This document shows positions 36,343 through 44,042 of a DNA stretch of 47,084 nucleotides, in pieces. Both the position numbers and the translations under genes were made by a program. Origin of the DNA: a virus (taxonomy: Duplodnaviria; Caudoviricetes); IMG/VR virus record IMGVR_UViG_3300032883_000151, positions 1 through 47,084 of that record; one strand, 5' to 3'. Numbering within the stretch: the stretch's first letter is position 1; each line of letters opens with the position of its first letter. The notes under the pieces were generated by a model. The model searched no databases. It was not told the DNA's origin and worked only from the letters and a program-made list of their open reading frames with translations.

Positions 36343-37953
36343 ATGTCGCGCAAGTCCAAGTTTTACCTGGCGAACGCCGTCTGGGCCGACCGTCTTCTGA
36401 CCCGCTTCTGGGACCAGCTCGTTGATTTTCGCGGCCCAGACCTCATGCCCATCGAAAAGGCAGCCACGCTCGCATCTTCGTCGCCTGTCCCCGTAGAGCA
36501 AGGCATCGAAAACGCCTTCGCCAAGGCTATCGCGAAACTCCGTGGCGTGTACGTCCCGCACGAAGATGAAGAACAGCTTGGACCTAGTAGGCACTTCCGC
36601 GAGTTCGCGTGCGGTCGCTACGGCTGCGTGTACCCGACTAACACCCCAGGCATCGTCTTCAAGATCACCCGAGACGAAAGCGAGGCCAAGTTCGTCACGG
36701 CCGCGCCGCAGCTAGGCGACTGGCCACGCGGCATCACGAAGTACATGGGGGTCTACCGCCTGACAAGCAACAAGGAATGGTGGTCCGACCTGGGCGCCTC
36801 CGCGCACGCCTGGGTTCTGTGGCGAGAAGAGGTCATCGACACCGGCAGGAAGGCGTTTGCTGAACTTGACCGGACTGCTCCGGCCTCTTCTCAAGCCGTC
36901 GAGTACCTGCTGAACATGCACCGTGCAGCCGCCTCTGTGGCTCGCGGACTCAACATCGACGCGCCTGACCTTGATGTGTACAGAGAAGCCATACGTCGGG
37001 TGTGGATCGATACTGTCGATGTGGGCGACCGTGTCGAACCACTAATCGACGGCTCCAGAGAGATGACCCGACGCATCTTCAACAGCGACCTGGAGAACTG
37101 GATTTTATCGCTTAGGCGTCTCGATGAAATGCACGGCTCGGCCGAGCACGACCCGTCGTCGATCAAAAGGGCCAAAGACCGTGAGACCCGTGGTCAGACG
37201 CACTACGTTCGTGACCGAATGGAAGACGCACTCAACTTCTTTCTGCAATTCGTACAGCAACAGGATCCGATTGCTTCGTTGTCGCTATCGTACTGCGCCT
37301 CAGAGCGCCTGGCCGAGTGGATGCTCGGCACCAGGTTCGGAGCGCTGGTTGGCGACGCCCACCTCAAGTACCAACACGGCGGCATGCTGCTAGCCGACAT
37401 TCACGGCGGCAACGTCGGTCTAGCTCTACGCGATGAGATCGACTTCGTGATCACCGATCCAGGGCACATGGTTCCATTCGAGGACAGGTTCATTGACATC
37501 CAGACGGAGATGCTGCCGACGCTTGCCGGAGGCAGGCTACGCGAAGACGTGACACGCAACGGCAGTGGCCCGTTCATCGGAGCCTTCATCGGTAAGCAGG
37601 GCCGTGCCGCTCTACTAGCCTGGTGGAATCAAGCCGTCGGCATTCCTGTCCTTGGCCAGAAATGGGCTGACCACATGACCATCCTGTTTGCGCCGACGGA
37701 CGAGGAACTCGCAGTCTTCCCAATTGGTAACGTCGTGACCATGCGCGTCGTCGGTTGGGCAGCAGACGACAAGGGACAAGCTGTTGTCGTCCAGCCGGAC
37801 CTTGCCACCGAGAAGGAGCACCCACACATCACGGTCGCGACAGCTCCAGGAGTAGGCGCCGTCTACTCCAACGAGCTACTGGCTCGCGGATTCACACCCG
37901 TCGATGGCCCAGTCCTACAAGGTAAGATCAAGCTCGGCGGCAAAAAGCCGTAG
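36343..37953 (+). CDS. Protein-kinase-like domain fused to C-terminal 2H phosphoesterase
   Basis: CGRYGCVY, IVFKIT, SEAKFV, ADIHGGNVG, ITDPG; then DHMTILF..HPHITVA. Confidence 0.8.
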   Translation: MSRKSKFYLANAVWADRLLTRFWDQLVDFRGPDLMPIEKAATLASSSPVPVEQGIENAFAKAIAKLRGVYVPHEDEEQLGPSRHFREFACGRYGCVYPTNTPGIVFKITRDESEAKFVTAAPQLGDWPRGITKYMGVYRLTSNKEWWSDLGASAHAWVLWREEVIDTGRKAFAELDRTAPASSQAVEYLLNMHRAAASVARGLNIDAPDLDVYREAIRRVWIDTVDVGDRVEPLIDGSREMTRRIFNSDLENWILSLRRLDEMHGSAEHDPSSIKRAKDRETRGQTHYVRDRMEDALNFFLQFVQQQDPIASLSLSYCASERLAEWMLGTRFGALVGDAHLKYQHGGMLLADIHGGNVGLALRDEIDFVITDPGHMVPFEDRFIDIQTEMLPTLAGGRLREDVTRNGSGPFIGAFIGKQGRAALLAWWNQAVGIPVLGQKWADHMTILFAPTDEELAVFPIGNVVTMRVVGWAADDKGQAVVVQPDLATEKEHPHITVATAPGVGAVYSNELLARGFTPVDGPVLQGKIKLGGKKP

Positions 37954-38025
37954 CTCCCTCCCCGAGAATCGAACTCGGAATTCGGGCTTCGGAAACCCGC
38001 GTGAGGTCCGTTTCACTAAGAGGGA
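37954..38025 (-). tRNA. tRNA-Arg(CCG)
   Basis: Loop TTCCGAA. Confidence 0.85.
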
Positions 38026-38026
38026 A

Positions 38027-38102
38027 TGGCGCGCTCGGAAGGAGTCGAACCTTCAATCGCCTGATCCGTAGTCAGGTGCCTTATCCATTGGGCCACGAGC
38101 GC
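38027..38102 (-). tRNA. tRNA-Arg(ACG)
   Basis: Loop CTACGGA, CCA. Confidence 0.93.
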
Positions 38103-38158
38103 ATTACGCCGGTAATCAAGGGAAGGAACCGGCAATCCATCTCTTTCGAGCAAGCCCT

Positions 38159-38234
38159 TGGCGTCCCCACCGGGAGTCGAACCCGGATCCCCGCGCTGAG
38201 AACGCGGTCGCCTGAGCCATTAGCAGATAGGGAC
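38159..38234 (-). tRNA. tRNA-Glu(CUC)
   Basis: Loop TTCTCAG, CCA. Confidence 0.88.
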
Positions 38235-38238
38235 ATTG

Positions 38239-38312
38239 CGCGCCCGCCCCGACTTGAACGGGGGACCAGCCGCTTAGAAGGCGGCTGCTCTTTCCAACTG
38301 AGCTACGGGCGC
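38239..38312 (-). tRNA. tRNA-Arg(UCU)
   Basis: Loop CTTCTAA, canonical stems. Confidence 0.93.
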
Positions 38313-38338
38313 AAACGACTCAGTACACGCTCCACCAT

Positions 38339-38548
38339 TTACCAGTAGTCCCACGCGATGCTCTTGGGGTGCCTGGTCCGCACAGAGTCGTGCTTGCCGT
38401 GGTGCATGAGGACGGCCTGCTGGGCGCGCTGCTTCTGCCAGTAGGCTCGCTTCTCCCACGCCCACGATCTGCGGCGGAGCCAGCGACCCCTACGGGCTTG
38501 GCTGGCGTTGTGGTCCTGCTTGATCGTCCTTCGGTGATTCTTGTGCAT
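38339..38548 (-). CDS. Small basic hypothetical protein
   Basis: AGGAGG RBS; MHKNHRR..HPKSIAWDYW. Confidence 0.6.
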   Translation of the reverse strand: MHKNHRRTIKQDHNASQARRGRWLRRRSWAWEKRAYWQKQRAQQAVLMHHGKHDSVRTRHPKSIAWDYW

Positions 38549-38611
38549 GTCGGGCCTCCTTAGAGGCCCGGCAGACGCATCCTTTCGTTGGTCATGTTCT
38601 TCTCCTTTCGC

Positions 38612-38686
38612 TGGAGTCGAGGGCCGGGATTGAACCGGCGCGTGGCGGGTTTGCAACCCGCTGCCTTTCCGCTTGGCTACCTCGAC
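38612..38686 (-). tRNA. tRNA-Cys(GCA)
   Basis: Loop TTGCAAA, U73, CCA. Confidence 0.93.
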
Positions 38687-38727
38687 AAATACACCTTGTG
38701 TTACGATGCGTCCCGGAGGATATAGCC

Positions 38728-39375
38728 ATGCCTGACGAGCAACCGCCGCTTTCGGCCCATCAAGAGGAAGTCTCTAGGCTTGCACGCCGACTTCGTTCGT
38801 ACGCGGCCCTCGTCGCGGCCGTTGCCGCCCTGCTCGCATCGGTGAAGGCACTGGCCAAGCCGACGGACAACCGTCCGGTCAAGGCCAGCTTCGAGACGCT
38901 GAGCGAAGAAATCCGGAAGCTCGCGGACACCCAGGCCAAGCAACACGACGACATCGTCGCGCTCCAGGCGTACATCCAGGGCTACATCAAGGCCCAGGAG
39001 GAAGCGTCGGCGACTGTCAGAACGCCTCCTTTGCCGGCCACGTCCGCGTCCTCGACCACCGTGATCGTGTCCGTCAAGCCAGCGAAGGCTCCCCCGGCTC
39101 CGAAGCTGTCAGCCAAGCCCAAGCCGTGGAACCCGCCCACGTTCGACCGCGTCCTGGCGATGGCCATGGCTAACGAGCCCGTCGTCGTAGACACTCCGGT
39201 GCCGATGCCAGCCATCACGCTCGCACCAGAGCCACAGTTCCCTGTCGCCGGTGCTCCCACGGCCGCTCCGATTCCGACGCCAGCAGCATCGTCCGCGCCG
39301 CCAGCACCGGCCTCGGCCTCGGCTGAGCCCGCTGGTCCGCCCCCACCCACTGCCCCATCCGCGAGTGCGCCATGA
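38728..39375 (+). CDS. Membrane protein with coiled coil and Pro/Ala-rich tail
   Basis: GGAGG RBS; TM YAALVAAVAALLASV. Confidence 0.65.
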   Translation: MPDEQPPLSAHQEEVSRLARRLRSYAALVAAVAALLASVKALAKPTDNRPVKASFETLSEEIRKLADTQAKQHDDIVALQAYIQGYIKAQEEASATVRTPPLPATSASSTTVIVSVKPAKAPPAPKLSAKPKPWNPPTFDRVLAMAMANEPVVVDTPVPMPAITLAPEPQFPVAGAPTAAPIPTPAASSAPPAPASASAEPAGPPPPTAPSASAP

Positions 39376-40073
39376 CGAAGCAACAGTCCAACACGATTCT
39401 GTGGATCGCAGTCGCTGGTCTTGGGGTTGGCGCCGTTTACTTCTTCGCGAAGAAACGTATCGGCACATCAGGCTTTGGCGACGTCGTGGCACCGCCAGTC
39501 GCCGTTCCCGCAGGCGGAGCGTCGAAACTGCTTGGAACCTGGTCCTGCGACACTGGCGTTTTTCCTCCAGCGTCTCGTCCGGCGATGATCCAGTTTCTCG
39601 GTAGGCTCGACGACATTTGCTGGCGTACTGGCGACGACTACCAGCGCGCGATGCGCCAATTCAAGCAAGTCAGTGTCGGACTTAGGTCGTCCACCAAGGA
39701 CGCCATCTCGATCACCATCGGCATGATGTACACCTACTACTCGGCCAGCGGCGACATTCCGACGCTACAGGCCGTGCTGATCACGGCTCAGAGCCTGCAC
39801 CAGCACTTGGCAGCCATGACGAAGTCGCTGTCGTACAGCAAGACGGTGCTCGATTCTGGAGACGTTTCTTCGCTAGCCGGATGGGGCAACCAACTCGTCA
39901 GCCTTGGCAACTCGATCTACGACAAGATCGTGAAGCTAGGCGGGAAGCCGCCGCCGATGGTCTGGACATCGATCACTATTCCAGCGCCACCGGCACCGAT
40001 CTACTCGGTGCCTAGCACTACTCGTCCTGGCGCGTATCAAGCGCACCCGCCTACGATGCGGAGGGCACCGTGA
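39372..40073 (+). CDS. Membrane-anchored hypothetical protein
   Basis: TM ILWIAVAGLGVGAVYFFA-KKR; ATGA overlap. Confidence 0.65.
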   Translation: MTKQQSNTILWIAVAGLGVGAVYFFAKKRIGTSGFGDVVAPPVAVPAGGASKLLGTWSCDTGVFPPASRPAMIQFLGRLDDICWRTGDDYQRAMRQFKQVSVGLRSSTKDAISITIGMMYTYYSASGDIPTLQAVLITAQSLHQHLAAMTKSLSYSKTVLDSGDVSSLAGWGNQLVSLGNSIYDKIVKLGGKPPPMVWTSITIPAPPAPIYSVPSTTRPGAYQAHPPTMRRAP

Positions 40074-40534
40074 ACACCGTCTACATCCTTCGCGGAGTGC
40101 CAGGCTCAGGCAAGAGTACCTGGGCCAAGCAGAACGGGCCAGGCGTCATCGTCAGCGCCGACCAATACTTCATGCAGGGCGGCGTCTACAAGTTCGACCC
40201 GAAGAAGATTCCGCTCGCGCACCAGCGGTGCTTCCGCAACTTCATCGACATCGTAACGGCAGATCGGAAGCCAGAGCGCGTCTTCGTCGACAACACGAAC
40301 ACGTCGGCGTGGGAACTCGCTCCGTACCTACTGGCCGGTGAAGCCTACGACTGGAACGTCGAGATCGTCACGTTCCACATCGACCCTCGCGTAGCCGCAG
40401 GACGCAACGTCCACGGCGTCCCCGAGAAGGGCGTCATGGCGATGATGCAGCGGCTGGAAGAGCCGCTCATGCCGTGGTGGAACGAGCGTCACATGTACTG
40501 GGACGACGCTTCGCAGGACTGGATTGAACGCTAG
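40070..40534 (+). CDS. P-loop polynucleotide-kinase-like protein (AAA_33)
   Basis: ILRGVPGSGKSTW, SADQYF, VFVDNTN, RNVHGVP. Confidence 0.88.
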   Translation: MNTVYILRGVPGSGKSTWAKQNGPGVIVSADQYFMQGGVYKFDPKKIPLAHQRCFRNFIDIVTADRKPERVFVDNTNTSAWELAPYLLAGEAYDWNVEIVTFHIDPRVAAGRNVHGVPEKGVMAMMQRLEEPLMPWWNERHMYWDDASQDWIER

Positions 40535-40605
40535 AGCGGCCAGCGGGAATCGAACCCGCATCCCTAGACTGGCGATCTAGGACTCTACCACTGAGCTATG
40601 GCCGC
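40535..40605 (-). tRNA. tRNA-Gly(GCC), C at position 33
   Basis: Loop TCGCCAG, U73. Confidence 0.85.
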
Positions 40606-40612
40606 AAAACAT

Positions 40613-40739
40613 TGCTGCACACGCTTGGGGAAGCTTACCCCTCGTGTCGGAGAGAGTGCCCCATCCGGCCCCGACAGGCCGCCATGGTTTCGACGTTAAG
40701 TTTCGTAGACGAAACGTGCCGTGGACTGCGCGTGCAGCA
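40613..40739 (-). ncRNA. Unassigned stem-closed structured element between tRNA-Gly genes
   Basis: 12-bp terminal stem TGCTGCACGCGC/GCGTGTGCAGCA enclosing several hairpins. Confidence 0.45.
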
Positions 40740-40740
40740 G

Positions 40741-40811
40741 AGCGGGTACTCGGAATCGAACCGAGATAGTCAGCTTGGAAGACTGACGTCCGACCGTTGG
40801 ACGATACCCGC
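40741..40811 (-). tRNA. tRNA-Gly(UCC)
   Basis: Loop CTTCCAA. Confidence 0.92.
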
Positions 40812-40837
40812 GATCCTGGGATTGAGGCATCCTAGGG

Positions 40838-40908
40838 AGCCCTCGGCGGGAATCGAACCCGCGTTCACGCCTTACCATGGCGTTGCTCGGCCACTGAGCG
40901 ACAAGGGC
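40838..40908 (-). tRNA. tRNA-Thr(GGU)
   Basis: Loop ATGGTAA. Confidence 0.92.
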
Positions 40909-40912
40909 AAGT

Positions 40913-40984
40913 GACACTGGCAGCCGATCTGAGATCCATTATGCCTGCTCGACCATCACGGTTCCGAGAAGGCTGCTCAGTGTC
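40913..40984 (-). ncRNA. Unassigned stem-closed structured element between tRNA-Ala and tRNA-Thr
   Basis: GACACTG-A-GCAGCC / GGCTGC-CAGTGTC terminal stem. Confidence 0.4.
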
Positions 40985-40986
40985 GG

Positions 40987-41058
40987 TGGAGTCGAAGGGA
41001 ATTGAACCCTCAGCCTTTGGCTTGCAAAGCCACTGCTCTCCCATTGAGCTACGACCCC
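40987..41058 (-). tRNA. tRNA-Ala(UGC)
   Basis: G3-U70, loop TTTGCAA. Confidence 0.92.
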
Positions 41059-41066
41059 GAAGAAAC

Positions 41067-41238
41067 AGCGGGCAAAGGTTGCTGGTGGGTGGCTCGGATG
41101 ACCGGATCGCTCCGGCGTCCGCGTGCGTCGTCGGCTTGCGCCGACCGGCAACCCTTTCGGGCTCGCGGTTTTCCTCCGCCCGCCTGACATCCGTCTTGCG
41201 ACGGCCCCTGTTGGATAACCTACCTGCTTCGGCCCGCT
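41067..41238 (-). ncRNA. Y RNA-like (172 nt, multi-hairpin)
   Basis: 5' AGCGGGCCGAAG pairs with 3' CTTTGCCCGCT with a bulged C; GGTTATC motif; several GNRA hairpins. Confidence 0.75.
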
Positions 41239-41245
41239 TCGTTGT

Positions 41246-41413
41246 TCAGGAGATGTACCCGGTCGAGACGTGCTTCGGAAGCTCTCGGCCGGACTGGATG
41301 GCCAGCCGGTTCTCGCGACGCAAAGCGCGGTGCGCGGCTCGCTTGTGCATCCTCTTGATCTTCGACGGCGCATGGCGGCACTGCTTGCATCCGCACGAAC
41401 GGTACACGCCCAT
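41246..41413 (-). CDS. Small basic CxCxxC protein (55 aa)
   Basis: AGGAG RBS; MGVYRSCGCKQCRHAPSKIKRMHKR..TGYIS. Confidence 0.55.
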   Translation of the reverse strand: MGVYRSCGCKQCRHAPSKIKRMHKRAAHRALRRENRLAIQSGRELPKHVSTGYIS

Positions 41414-41435
41414 GTTCTGATCTCCTGGTGAAAAG

Positions 41436-41508
<73 letters not shown>

Positions 41509-41522
41509 GACACTTCGTCAGT

Positions 41523-41888
41523 CTACTTCTTCGCGTGCTCGTCGCACAGAGTCATTCTCCACCCGCCCCCGCGAACCGTTCCAGGCTTGCCGCATGTTTC
41601 GCACGTCTCATAGGCCAGCTTCTCGGCATCTCCGATCAGCTTGTCGATGACGGGGTCGGACGCGCTGACGTAGAACCGGAGCCCGCCGAACTTCTCCTTG
41701 TATTGGTCGACGACGACCTGACCAGGCTTGGCGCCAAGCTCTCGCAGGTGCGCCTCGATGGCGATGGAGAGATCCTTGACGATGTTCTCCCAGCCCTTGC
41801 CGACGCCGCCGCCGCACCGGAGGGAACCGGGCCCGAACAGGAGCGGACAGATGCGTCGTAGCTCCTCATCAAGCGTCGGAAGGCTCAT
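41523..41888 (-). CDS. Conserved phage hypothetical protein
   Basis: AGGAG RBS; GW..QYKEKFGGLRFY..TCETCGKPG..TLCDEH. Confidence 0.8.
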   Translation of the reverse strand: MSLPTLDEELRRICPLLFGPGSLRCGGGVGKGWENIVKDLSIAIEAHLRELGAKPGQVVVDQYKEKFGGLRFYVSASDPVIDKLIGDAEKLAYETCETCGKPGTVRGGGWRMTLCDEHAKK

Positions 41889-41910
41889 GTGACGTCTCCT
41901 AATAGTAGTC

Positions 41911-41978
41911 CGAACGGACAAGGGATGCGCGATGGCGGTTTTCCGTGCAAGGGTAACCATCACGCTTCGGCCCATTCG
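41911..41978 (-). ncRNA. Minimal Y RNA-like (68 nt)
   Basis: 5' CGAATGGGCCGAAG pairs with 3' CTTGTCCGTTCG; inner stem GCGTGATGG/CCATCGCGC; GGTTACC. Confidence 0.7.
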
Positions 41979-41981
41979 AAG

Positions 41982-42052
41982 TGGAGCGTAGCGGACTCGA
42001 ACCGCTGTTTTCGCGCTGCGAACGCGAAGTCCTCCCATTGGACGAACGCCCC
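41982..42052 (-). tRNA. tRNA-Ala(CGC)
   Basis: G3-U70, loop TTCGCAG. Confidence 0.9.
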
Positions 42053-42056
42053 GAAA

Positions 42057-42159
42057 GATCAGGCAAAACTCGGCGTGGTCATGCCAGTGTCGAAACCGGC
42101 AGCGACGGGCGGTGAGCCCGCTGCTTTCATCCCGATGAACCACGGCCTTCGGCCCGATC
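42057..42159 (-). ncRNA. Y RNA-like (103 nt)
   Basis: 5' GATCGGGCCGAAG pairs with 3' TTTTGCCTGATC with a bulged C; inner stem CGTGGT/ACCACG; T-loop-like TTCGA hairpin. Confidence 0.75.
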
Positions 42160-42161
42160 AG

Positions 42162-42233
42162 CAGGAGCGGCAGGACTCGAACCTGCGTAGGCGGATTTGG
42201 AATCCGCTGTACTAGCCGCTATACGACGCTCCT
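42162..42233 (-). tRNA. tRNA-Trp(CCA)
   Basis: Loop TTCCAAA. Confidence 0.92.
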
Positions 42234-42785
42234 AAGCTTTCTGCGTCTCTGTCGTTTCCAGTCGCGCATGGCGCGACGGCACTCGCTACAACGCGGCGGA
42301 CCGCATGTCTTGTATCTCGTCAACGTCCCGTGAATGGCGCGCGTTTCGTGAGCTTTTGGCGGCAGCGGCGGCAGCTCCGCTCGCGAGTGGACGCTGCCTG
42401 TCCAGTCGCCAAACAGTCCAGCTCCCCTAACGATTCGGACCGCATCAGCGATTATGACCCATGCCTGGTACGGCATGTCGCGCCGCATGTAGTTGCATCG
42501 TTCGCACGCAGCGACGACGTTGGAGCACACATGTCCAACATCGTTGTCGATCCGGTCCAACGTCATGCGCAGGTGCGTTTCCCCACAATACGCGCACGGC
42601 TTTGCTAGTTCGCATCGAACGAACGACATGTCCACATCGTTCGCAAGACCATGCCTACGATCCCATTTTCGGCAGTCCGCCAGCACTGTCTCGGCCACAT
42701 TTGTACGCCTTCGATGCTTAGCGGCTAGCTGCACTCGATCCTTGTTCGCCTCGTAGTATCTGGCGCTGCTCTCCTTGCTACTCAC
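42219..42785 (-). CDS. HNH-type endonuclease
   Basis: CAYCG..TLDRIDNDVGH..NVVAACERCNYMR. Confidence 0.8.
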   Translation of the reverse strand: MSSKESSARYYEANKDRVQLAAKHRRRTNVAETVLADCRKWDRRHGLANDVDMSFVRCELAKPCAYCGETHLRMTLDRIDNDVGHVCSNVVAACERCNYMRRDMPYQAWVIIADAVRIVRGAGLFGDWTGSVHSRAELPPLPPKAHETRAIHGTLTRYKTCGPPRCSECRRAMRDWKRQRRRKLRSVV

Positions 42786-42821
42786 AGAGCTTGTCTACCA
42801 TGCAGCCGGTAGACACGCTAG

Positions 42822-42897
42822 CGGGACCGACGGGATTTGAACCCGTGATCTCCTGCGTGACAGGCAGGCGGGGACAACCAGGCTCCCCTACGGCCCC
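42822..42897 (-). tRNA. tRNA-Asp(GUC)
   Basis: Loop CTGTCAC, G73. Confidence 0.93.
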
Positions 42898-42925
42898 ATT
42901 CGGTCTGGCATTCGATCTGGCATGT

Positions 42926-43141
42926 TCAGTCTCCCTTGTGGATGGACTCCTCCGAGACCGACTCGGAGAGGTCGATGATGTTGGCGAAGGTCTTTGCTCC
43001 GCGTCGGATGTACTCGCGCCCGCCGTCCACGAAAATCTCGCCGCACTTGCAGCGGACGAAGTCGTGGACGTGCTTGCTTTCGATGACATCGCCACAGAGT
43101 CGGCACTTGGCCGCGTTTCGGAGGATGCGCTCTTTGCCCAT
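42926..43141 (-). CDS. Small Zn-binding phage protein
   Basis: GGAG RBS; NAAKCRLCGDVIES..HDFVRCKCGEIFVDGG. Confidence 0.8.
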   Translation of the reverse strand: MGKERILRNAAKCRLCGDVIESKHVHDFVRCKCGEIFVDGGREYIRRGAKTFANIIDLSESVSEESIHKGD

Positions 43142-43202
43142 GGTCTCCAGCCTGTGGGCGCCGCGCGCCCGTACGATCATGTTCAGTGTGTTCATGCTGC
43201 GG

Positions 43203-43275
43203 CGCCCCCGAGACGAGTCGAACGTCCGGCCAACGCTTTAGGAAAGCGCTGCTCTGTCCACTGAGCTACGGGGGC
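43203..43275 (-). tRNA. tRNA-Arg(CCU)
   Basis: Loop TTCCTAA. Confidence 0.92.
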
Positions 43276-43276
43276 G

Positions 43277-43415
43277 TGGGCTGGGAGGCAGGACTCGAAC
43301 CTGCGGCCACTGGGTTACAGATAACCGTCATCCATCGGCCCGCGAGCGGGCAAGGGGCGGGGACGGATATGGGCTTTCGCCCGCCTAGTGCTCTACCGAC
43401 TGAGCTACTCCCAAC
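43277..43415 (-). ncRNA. tRNA-scaffolded, circularly permuted Y RNA-like
   Basis: Canonical acceptor, D and T arms plus CCA; anticodon arm carries a large insert with CTTGCCCGC-TC-GCGGGCCGA and GGTTATC. Confidence 0.75.
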
Positions 43416-43424
43416 GTGACTTCG

Positions 43425-43553
43425 AGCCGCCGCACGGATTCGAACCGCGTCCACTCACTTGGTATGGTGGTAACCGTCCCTCGGGCGGCCCGCCGAAGCG
43501 GGCAAAGGTGTGAAAGACGATGTTTTAGTGTGCAACCATTACACCTCAGCGGC
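43425..43553 (-). ncRNA. tRNA-scaffolded, circularly permuted Y RNA-like
   Basis: Acceptor GCCGCTG/CGGCGGC, D and T arms; insert with TTTGCCCGC-TTCG-GCGGGCCG and GGTTACC. Confidence 0.75.
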
Positions 43554-43554
43554 A

Positions 43555-43878
43555 TTACAACTCGATGTCGGCCAGATCGGACGACGCTACGGACTGCCAC
43601 GAACGGCAGAGACGCTTACCTTCGATGCGCTCGGACGTACCCGGCTGATACCGGCCAGGCGCACGACAGCCGGTTGCTACCTTGGGGCGCCCGTTAGGGT
43701 GCCTACGGCAGTCACACCCAAGCGACTTGCTCTTTGCGAACCGCGACAGGCTCTCGCACCAGCGGCAGGGCCGCACCGGACGCGCGGGGTTGTCGAAGTT
43801 CAGGTGCAGACGCGCGTGAACCCTACGGGCGTTCTCGGCATAGACCAGCGTGCGACGACGACGTTCTCCTCGATCCAT
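43555..43878 (-). CDS. Basic Cys-rich hypothetical protein
   Basis: GGAGG RBS; MDRGERRRRT..CRWC..CDC. Confidence 0.55.
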   Translation of the reverse strand: MDRGERRRRTLVYAENARRVHARLHLNFDNPARPVRPCRWCESLSRFAKSKSLGCDCRRHPNGRPKVATGCRAPGRYQPGTSERIEGKRLCRSWQSVASSDLADIEL

Positions 43879-44007
43879 CTCGACCTCCAGCCAACGCCCG
43901 CAAGGCGCGCGGGCATGATTGGGGTCGGTCGTCGCAGATGGGTCATGGGTGAAGTCTCACACGAACGGACAAGGGTTTCTAGTGGGCGTTTCTTCATTTC
44001 AGGTGGA

Positions 44008-44041
44008 GGTAACCCACAGGATTCGGCCCGTTCGGGCAAGT
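44008..44041 (-). promoter_or_regulatory. Free-standing Ro60-binding-type hairpin
   Basis: ACTTGCCCG-AA-CGGGCCGAA followed by GGTTACC. Confidence 0.6.
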
Positions 44042-44042
44042 G

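Noticed and set aside
41147-41166. GAGCCCGAAAGGGTT as the 5' Ro strand of a shorter Y RNA
   Set aside because: Better explained as an internal GAAA hairpin; AGCGGGCCGAAG at 41238 pairs perfectly with the 3' strand.
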